Positions 55,481 through 64,000 of a stretch of 64,000 nucleotides of DNA are shown piece after piece. The translations under genes were made by a program, and so were the position numbers. The first letter of the stretch is position 1. Every line of letters begins with the position of its first letter. The notes beneath the pieces were generated by a model. It was given only the letters and a program-made list of their open reading frames with translations, was not told the origin of the DNA and searched no databases. This DNA is from Yuukianura sp. NJ FZ-2021 (lineage: Eukaryota), in the NCBI GenBank assembly GCA_046563655.1, contig CM102284.1, positions 3,224,001-3,288,000 on the forward strand. Direction: 5' to 3'.

Positions 55481-56605
55481 ATGGCGACCAACACAAATGC
55501 GGAGTCTACCTCACCTAAGCCGAGTTCCATCCAAACTGAATTTGTGGCCTGCGACCCCCTTGTGCCCTTCCCACCGATAGCCCAATTGGACATTGCTGAC
55601 TTAATTCATGACCCAGGTCAACGGCAGTGGGTGGCTCCATTCACGTTCGTCGTGGTGGCTGACCCACAATTTGGACTCATTGAAAAATACTACATGCATA
55701 GAGAGAATCCACGGTGGGACGTAGAAATCAAAGTCACCACAGACGCCATTCTCGCAATCAACAAACTCACGCCGAAGCCAAAGTTCGTTCTGGTCTGCGG
55801 GGATATGCTGGACACACGTCCTGGAACTGACGAAGAAGTGGCTCTCCGAGAAGAACAGTACAAAGACTTCATGGCCACAATTTCACTTCTGGAGGACATC
55901 AAGGTTGTCTTCTGTGGTAAGACAAAGGTCAAACGAGGTCAATCTAAACTGAAGTTTTTAACAGATTTTTGCTTTCTTAGCTGGAAATCACGACGTTTGT
56001 GATATCCCAACGCCTGAAGCCGTTTCCATTTACCATCGGCAGTTTGGCCCTGACTTCTTTTCATTCTGGGTCAACGGGGTCAAGTTTTGTGTGCTGAACT
56101 CTAGTTACTGGAAGAGCCCTGCTACAATTCCGAGTGAATACAAGAAGCAGGAGCAGTTCATGGAAACTTTAAAGGATCCAGAAGCCAAACATTTGGTTAT
56201 TTTCCAGCACATTCCGTTCTTCGTGTCGCATCCAGATGAAAACGACGTCGGTTTTTTAAACATTGAAAAGGAACAGCGTTTTCGAGTGTTGGATTTCTTC
56301 GAATCCATTGGTAAAAATTAGTTTTCGAATCCTCTGAAAGATCATATTGTTTCAGTTTCGCCATTGTGACTGATGTTTTTATTTTTGAAGGCGTTCGCTA
56401 CATTTTTTGTGGCCACTACCATCGAAACAGCGGCGGATTCTACAAAGGTGTGGAACAAATTGTGACCTCTGCTCTTTGTAACCCCTTGGGAAATGATCCC
56501 TGTGGATTCAGACTCGTGACGGTGGAACAAGACAAAATCACTTCAGAGTTCATTCCAACAGGATATGGAACAACAGGCGCCATGCCACTGTCTTCAAAAA
56601 AATAA
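55481..56605 (+). CDS. CPPED1: Calcineurin-like metallophosphoesterase CPPED1 homologue
   Basis: ADPQFG, PKPKFVLVCGD, GNHD, FGPDFFSFWVNG, VLNS, FQHIP, FCGHYHRN, VTSA motifs; exons 55481-55916, 55981-56310, 56391-56605. Confidence 0.9.
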
Positions 56606-56618
56606 GCTTTTCTAAAAT

Positions 56619-56810
56619 AAGCTCTGGCTTCCCCTCAATCTTCTCAAAATTCTTAGAAAAAGCTCCACTTTCCCCTGATTCTTCTCAAAATTTCAAGAAA
56701 AAGCTCCACTTCCCCCGAATCTTCTCAAAATTTCAAGAAAAAGCTCCATATTCCCTCAAATTTTTCAAAATTTCTAGAAGAAGCCCAGCTTTCAAATCGT
56801 CTCAAAATTG
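56619..56810. repeat. Minisatellite, 40-41-bp unit, ~4.5 copies, in the CPPED1 3' UTR
   Basis: AAGCTCCACTTCCCC..ATCTTCTCAAAATTTCAAGAAA units at 56619, 56660, 56701, 56741 and 56781. Confidence 0.9.
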
Positions 56811-57318
56811 GAGCATGAAATCGAATAAAGAAAAAGCGAACGCCGAAATCTAGTTACTTTTGTTTTTGAAATTTGATCCACTTAAAAAATAATTCTATAA
56901 ACATGACAAATCCTGTTGCTATCTTCTTCTTTTCCCTTGTTTCAAGAGAAATGTGTGTTTTGGGAGTGATCTTTGTAATTCCTATGTAAGTTTTGGTCCA
57001 AGAATAGAAAATCAATAGTTCATTTCCCATGTCCCAGCAGAGCCATGAGGCATGGTTAGGTTGGCGTAATTGGTGAAAGGCCACTTTCTCCTTCCGTTTC
57101 CTCTCACTTTTGTACGACTTCCCAGTTGACACAAAGTATCTCTTTGCGCAAAAGCAGCCATATGTCAGCCTACCAATTCCAGCCATATTTCTAACAAGGA
57201 CACACTTCTTCCTGCACTTGTTGATTTCAACCAGCAGCCTCCGTCAATTCATATCAATCTCTGCCTCAAACTAGCACCAGCACAATTATTCTCAAACGCT
57301 TTCTTAAAAGTAGCAACA

Positions 57319-58003
57319 ATGAGCAACGCAGAGAAAATTAAAATTGTTGTCTACCTCAACTTTGTAAGTTTCGAAAATTTGAAATTCAGTTTCTCATTTG
57401 TTTTAAAGTGTAAATTGTGTGTCAATTTAATAGTTGCTGCTGGGCTGTGCTCTGGTTTATGTGATATACACGACTGTCCTACTCCATCGAGCTTTGCCGT
57501 CTGACACGGACGCCAAGTACCCTGAGGAGTACAGACGTGTCAAGCACCGAATTGTCGTAGCGGCCATTTCTTGGAGTTAGAAAACAAAATTTCATAATTT
57601 TTATAGCTTTTCAAAAATTTTCAAAATGCATTTTTTGTTTCAATTTTGATGTAGCTGTTGCCGTCCTCATCACTGTTCTTTTTAATACAATTTTGCTTCG
57701 GGGAGTCAATCAGGTTCACCTAAAAACACTCAATTTCAAAGTTGTTTTTTTTCGGAAACTGTTTTGATTTGTTGTTTTTAGCGGAGTTACAAAAAGTGCA
57801 TGATCTGGTTCGTGTTCTGCTGCGTGGGCACTACAATCCAAATTTACAAAATCGTCATGTCCTTTGTTGGACACGACTACTTCGAAGGGGTTTACTTGCT
57901 GGTATGGACGAGCTTCAGTCTCTACGCTTTGTATATCGTCAAATCGTTCATGACGGAAGTCAAAAGCGATTCGTCGCTTCAACCGCTGACCAACAAGGAG
58001 TAA
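57319..58003 (+). CDS. Small four-transmembrane protein (DUF4728/LAPTM-like), 155 aa
   Basis: Exons 57319-57363, 57434-57575, 57655-57713, 57782-58003 join in frame; four hydrophobic segments, LLRGVNQRSYKKCMIW motif. Confidence 0.75.
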
Positions 58004-58786
58004 ACTTTGCATCCTCCAGTGTCCAGCGACATCAACTACGATTGTCTCAATTTTGTTCGTTCGCTCCAGTCAAGTTCCTTTGGTCCATGTGCTCATGTCC
58101 CACACCTAAAGCTGCTTCCGTGTGTCTCCTAAGCGTCACTTAATAAAATGTAAATTGTAATCTCGAAGAAAATACAGCGAGGAAAGTCACGTTTTATTAA
58201 ACGGTGGATAAACAAGAGTTCTCTTACGTACTATTTCCACTTTTGACATTTCAATTTTTTTCAAAATTTTATTCTTTCTAGCACAAATTCTTATTAAAGC
58301 TTTACACTCCTAATTGTTTTCCGCATTCAGTAGGAATTCAAAGAAAAAATTAAATCGAGTAGAGTTAAAATCGATTTTATTTATCGTTCTGCAGGATATT
58401 TAGCAACAATAGATTTTTAAACTTCAAAATTTTCTGCCATTGTTTCATCTGATTGTTGTTTTCCTCTGTACAAAAATTTATGCAGAATGGAGTTTCATAG
58501 TCAACTGCAAAGGTTAAATCCACTTCCGATTATTTTCTGCTACTACAATCAAAAATGTTATCCGCGTTAAATGCCGGTTTGTTGAAATGAAAGTTTTTGC
58601 TAAACATTGTAATTTGGTTTCAATTTAACTGAAACCAATAATTTAAACAAAAACGTTTCATTTCTAAAACTGAATAATTTCCAAGTACTCACTGAAGAGT
58701 ATAAAAGGAAAATGGAAAACTCAGCTAAAATTCTCACATAATAAAACAAATAATTTCAAAAAAAAAAAATCTTTAAGTAAAGAATT

Positions 58787-59709
58787 ATGTTGAAAGTAAT
58801 CTTGCCACTATTTTTCACAGCGCTGTTCCTTCTTCTTGTGGTAAGTACACGAAGTATTCAAAGTATTAAGATCGCAATAAGCATTTGCACTAGTTTCTAA
58901 AACATCTTTAATTTATTAACAATAGTTATTAATTAGATATTAGTATTTATGTAATTAATTATGGATTTTTGAAATAGGAAGGACAAGATAAACCTTCAAA
59001 TCCAGGCGAAATATTGCCGACTTGCGCAGCGCTCATGATGAGAATGGCTAAAAAGCAAATTAAATTATTCGGAGAATGCAGCAAAGAATTGAGATCCATT
59101 GTTGTAGATCACAATGAATTTGGAAACAAAATTCAGGTGAAAATTTTGTATTTTGGGAAACAACAACTTCTGAAAACTTTTAGCATTTGAATGCTGATCA
59201 GTGCTGTTCTTTTGCCTGATTTCATTTTAGTGCGTTGTGAAATGTGTTTTGGATAAAGGTGGAATGGTAAGTAGAAAGTTAAATATTTTTTCGAAATCAT
59301 TCGAAAATAACAACTTTTTATGATTTTGTCTCCTATTATATTTAAAATTTGTTTCAAACTGTGATTGCAGCTGAATGACGAGAAGAAAGTGACAAGAGCA
59401 TCAATGCAACAGTTTATGGACAAAAATGTTCCGGAACTGTTTCACTCCGTTTCCCATGAACTTTTGGAGCACTGTATCGACGAATTCGGTAAAGAAAAAT
59501 TAGGTAACAAAGGCACAGATTTATATTACATTTTGACTACTTTTAGGGCCTCAAATGGACCACAGTGAGGAACTGTGCACAGTATATGGAGACTATGTCA
59601 AGTGTGTCCAGGATGTCGTCGCCAACGTAAGAAATTCTATTTTCTAAGCTACGTTATCCAAGACTTGAATTAATCAATCATTGTCATTAATTGTTTTTAG
59701 ATTTGTTGA
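58787..59709 (+). CDS. Odorant-binding-protein-like secreted protein, 151 aa
   Basis: TATAAAA at 58700; exons 58787-58840 (signal peptide), 58978-59136, 59231-59266, 59371-59488, 59547-59626, 59701-59709; Cys spacing C-x19-C-x3-C-x41-C-x14-C-x8-C plus two extra Cys. Confidence 0.75.
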
Positions 59710-60103
59710 AACCGGACGCATTAGACGCTAGCGGAGGAAAATAAATTCTAAAACTAAATTTTAAACTTCAGTTTCCAAGAATGAATTAAAATTCTTTTTT
59801 TTTATTATATAAAAGGGCATTCTTACTTTAGAAGAAAAACCAATTGCTTAAACTTCCTTCAGATTAAGACAAAAGGAAAAAGCGGTTTTGCGTTTTTGGA
59901 AATGCAACTCACTTTCACTAACAAACGTGACCGCAGGTTCTGAAAACCGAAATAAGGTGGAATTTCTGCAATTTTCCTATAAATGCTATTCGAAATTTTC
60001 CCAGAGGTTCATGGCCAGAAGTTTTTCAGTCTCAGAAACGAAGATATCACTCTGGCGAATCCGTTCCTAATTTTTGTTCAAAATTTAAAACTTTCTATTA
60101 GCA

Positions 60104-60660
60104 ATGGCTAACTTCTTCTTCCGGCTTGTCGCGGGACTGTGTCTGATTGTTCTGGCGACTGCTCAGTTCAAAATGGCTGGCCATGGGAAGCCATGTTTAG
60201 ACTACAGCCCGTTTGAGCCCATGCGCGTCTGTGAAACGGACAAGGGACTGGATTGTCTGGGCACATCTACTAAATACGATCGCGTTTGCTCCTGCTACGG
60301 AACTTTCGTTTTCGACAAGGTCAGAATTCATAGAATTCGAATAAATATTTTGATTGAGTTTGGAAATATAGAATTTTATTGTTCTTTCACCAGAAAACGC
60401 AAGAGTGTCGACGAAAAGTGGGCGATGTCTGCCAGCCCTTCAACGAGAGAACGGAACCCAAGCGACTCTGGAACGAAAAGTGCCAGGGAGACGCTGAATG
60501 TTCGGACAAGGGAGTATGTGTCTGTAAACCGGGATACGTCAAATCACCATTTTCCTTCAGTTGTGTACTTCCAGGGTACCTAAGGGAAGCTAAGAAGGCT
60601 AAGGTCTCTTCTCAAAAACTTAAATTTAAACTTAAAAAGTACAAGTACGACTTCAGTTAG
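60104..60660 (+). CDS. Secreted cysteine-rich EB-module/EGF-like protein, 160 aa
   Basis: Signal peptide; two repeats of C..C..C..CxC..C; Lys-rich tail; exons 60104-60319 and 60394-60660; TATAAA near 59978, AATAAA near 60685. Confidence 0.8.
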
Positions 60661-61593
60661 ACTCCATTTTGTAACACATTGGCCAATAAACAATTTGGAA
60701 TTTAAACTTTGGAATTTAATTAGTTGTTAAACTCCTTATAACTGGACTAAACAAAAACGAATGTGAATTTGTCACCTGCAAAGCGGTACTTAAACGCTGA
60801 GTGGCAAAGCGATGTGCAAAAGTCTTAAGGTACTTAATTAAGAGATTTGAGGCTGACGGTAGTTATTAATACGGAATAACGATTGCTTATTCCGATGATT
60901 TCGAATTTTATGGAATTTCGATTGTTCATTCCAATTTAATCAAAGCCGGCAACAAAGAACATTTTGATGATTGGAACAATTTGTGCAAAATAAAAGGCCG
61001 TCGAAAATTTCGTCTCGAAATGCCACCCCAAAAAGCACTCACAAATTGAGTATTTTGTTTAACGGCTTACAGCATTTTCAATCATAAATTGCTAAGAATT
61101 TTGAAATTGCAATTGAAAAACTTTGTTTCATTAAAAAAAAACAAAGTGCAAAGTGATAGGGCTGATTCAATATGTTTAGTGATGTACTGGAACTGGAATT
61201 ATCTCTATTTCCAATTCCAGCACATAACGCTTTCTGTGTTTATTAAGCGAACATGGAACATGCCAGTTGTACTATGACTGAACCCCAAGCACTCACTACA
61301 CCTAGGTCCACTACTGCCTATTTGCAGTTTCTGCTGACAATATTGGATCAGTTTCAAACTATTTTTAAGTCAAAGTCATGTCAATGTATTCAATTGTCGC
61401 AAATAATTTTAAGGCGTCAATTTCTGAGTGTGCATTGTAGAGTATTTTGTTTGATGACTGGAGTGGCGGGGGAGCGTGCGGAATTAAACAAAGTTTTAAG
61501 TGGATGTTATCCTCAACATCGGCAAAGCAAGCAACTGCTGTGCTGTCAGTTCTGTCTTCTCAGTTGTCCTGTCATAGTTCGATCTCGATCGAA

Positions 61594-63191
61594 TATGGCC
61601 ACGTCACTTTTACTTAAATCTACGATTTTAATCGTTGCAGCTTTCCTTGTTTTCAATGTGAATCAAGGAAATGCACAGTCCAAAAAGAAGGAGGTGAGTT
61701 GATGAACCCCAATCAATATAAATTGTTTTCATTTTTAGCTAAAACAGACGGTCAGCCGGAGTCGAGCCGGCTATCGTTTTTGAATGGATTCGAATCTATG
61801 AGATGTTTGCTTTCTGTGTAATTTAGGTGAGTTCCATGACCCAGGCGGAGAGGGTCAAACAGCTGACTGACCTCAGTACAAGGAAACCCATCATCCGCAT
61901 GAACACACAGAAGTTCAATGATTTGGTCAAAGGGTCACCCAGGAACTACTCCGTCATCGCCATGTTTACGGCTCTCTCACCGCAGCGGGGATGTGCTATT
62001 TGCGGGGCAGCCAACGACGAGTTCGCGATTGTTGCTAATTCGTTCAGATTCAATTCGCAAGTATACAGCGACAAAATCTTTTTTGCAATGATTGACTTTG
62101 ATGAAGCTGGGGCCATCTTCCAATCGGTATTCTTGTTTTAAATAGTTAACATATCATATCCTCGCATCATATTTCTACATTACTTAAAACAAATCTATTG
62201 TTTTTTTTAAGATGAAGCTGTACACTGCTCCCGTGTTTATCCACTTTCCAGCGAAGGGGAAGCCTTTGAACCAAGACAAGATGGACATTCAACGGTTTGG
62301 AGTAGAAGCTGAAGCCATTGCTCGCTGGATTGCTGACCGAACTGACGTTCAAGTAAGGCGTTGACGAATTGGTTCTTTACGTGAAACAAATTATATCGCA
62401 CGGGCACATAATGATGGATTCTTGTGTTGCAGATTCGAATCTTTAGGCCGCCAAGTTACTCTGGCACAATGGCGCTAATCATCGTTACTGTTTTGGTTGG
62501 AGGTCTTCTTTATCTCAAGAGAAACAATCTGGAATTTCTGTACAACCGACCGGCATGGGGAATTGCATCTTTGGTATGAGTTTTAACATCCTATTTACAA
62601 TTTAAGATGCGGATCTCTCTTTATCTTAACGTTTCTTAATTTTTTTTTCAGTTCATCGTTTTTTGCTTCACGTCTGGTCAAATGTGGAACTCTATCAGGT
62701 ATTTCAGTTCGCAGTTTTAGCAAAAACGTTAACTGAATTCGAGTATCACTTGTTCAGATCTTTCATTTCCTAATTTCATTTCACTAAATCTAACGTTAAA
62801 TTGAAACTTGATTGTTTTTAGAACACCGCCAGTCGTAAGCCGAACACAAAATGGTGGGATTTCCTACATTCACCGTTCCTCTCAAGGTCAATTGGTCATT
62901 GAAACTTACATCGTGTTTCTCTTGAGTAAGTAAAGCCATTCCAGATTCCAATATCACTACTATAGATAGTAATATTGCCACTTGATTATAATCTTCTTCT
63001 CCTTCACAGATGCAGCTATTACGCTCGGCATGATTCTGCTAATCCACGCTGGGAAAGGAAAGGGTGACATCCGGAAGCGGCGAATCATGGTCATCGTCGG
63101 ACTCGCTCTTTTTGCAATCATGTTTGGCATGCTTCTGTCCATCTTCAAGAGCAAAGCCTCTGGCTACCCATATTCCTTCATTATCAACTAA
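61594..63191 (+). CDS. TUSC3: Oligosaccharyltransferase subunit MAGT1/TUSC3 (OST3/OST6 family)
   Basis: [70 protein letters not shown]; 7 exons. Confidence 0.95.
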
Positions 63192-63383
63192 TTACTTACT
63201 ACAGTCCAGCTTACCATCATACTTATTCTTACGAATAAAACATCACCCACATTTTTAGAATAGTTAATTCCTTTTCCTTGTTTTTAAAGAAAAAGAAGTG
63301 ATTTGTGATGTTTAAATTGCGACATTTAATTATTGAATTGTACTTATTACATTATGTTACAGTTGGAACCATTTGTTTAGATC

Positions 63384-64000
63384 TTAGTAAATGTATGGGA
63401 TAATTGCCTTTCGGTTCTTCGGATACTCAGGAAACTTTCGTTTGTACCACAAATGGTTCATCCCACCAGCAGTAACCTTTGAACGAAAAATCAGCATGTA
63501 AATCATTTTATTTACATTTTACTTTACTAGTTGTGACTCACGACTTCTGACTTTGTGTGACTCTATTCGTGACATGATTTTCATTGAAATTCGATTCTTA
63601 CCTGATTTGCAAAAACCCAAAACAAAACTGCGAGCCAGCAGGAGTTCTGAAAAGACAGCATGAGGGCAAAGGATATGTAGATTAGGATTTCAGCAAAATA
63701 GTTCGGGCACGAAACGAGTTCAAAGAGGCCTCCGCGTGGGATTTGGTGATTGCGAGTGACGACCTTGTCACCTGAATAAATTAGAACAAAATTAGTTTAA
63801 ATTGTTCCGAGTTTTGACAAGCTACAACAGAAATTGCACAACAGGAATATGAATTAGTACCTTTCTTCCGTAAATTGGCGAAAATCACATGAGCTTTGTT
63901 TTGTTGAATGTTTCCATACAGGAATAAGACGATTCCCATCCACTGCGCAACTCCAAAATCGTTCCAGTTCCAAGTCCAAGTGGACATCACTACATAACGT
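63384..64000 (-). CDS. SRD5A3: Polyprenol reductase SRD5A3 homologue, 3' portion only
   Basis: QNKAHVIFANLRK, HQIPRGGLFELVSCPNYFAEILIY, WVFANQ, NHLWYKRKFPEYPKNRKAIIPYIY*; stop at 63384-63386. Confidence 0.88.

Overview
Gene-dense, intron-rich animal genomic DNA with short GT-AG introns. It is probably from a hexapod, possibly a springtail; this is inferred from an OBP-like gene, a clip protease and EB-module and 4-TM families, and is not proven. I can reconstruct about 21 spliced genes: a USP deubiquitinase (5'-truncated), clip-domain serine protease, SLC25A46, MEK1/2, WAPL, a large LRR protein, two head-to-head Arrowhead (Lhx6/8) paralogues flanking a TXNDC17/TRP14-like gene, a MATH-BTB-BTB gene, SNAPIN, HEMK2/N6AMT1, an intronless-CDS secreted orphan, CCDC47, a basic orphan, CPPED1, a 4-TM protein, an OBP-like protein, an EB-module protein, MAGT1/TUSC3 and SRD5A3 (3' part). 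The most notable points are: (1) SNAPIN and HEMK2 look like a dicistronic leaky-scanning unit, 76 bp apart, with the first cistron almost free of AUGs; (2) the USP has a RING-like domain inserted in its catalytic domain; (3) the TRP14-like protein has lost its CxxC active site; (4) an orphan gene sits between two copies of the CCDC47 3' UTR; (5) the duplicated Awh locus carries consensus nuclear-receptor elements and AAGGG motif clusters. Exon boundaries were read by eye and family assignments come from recalled motifs; no database searches were run.
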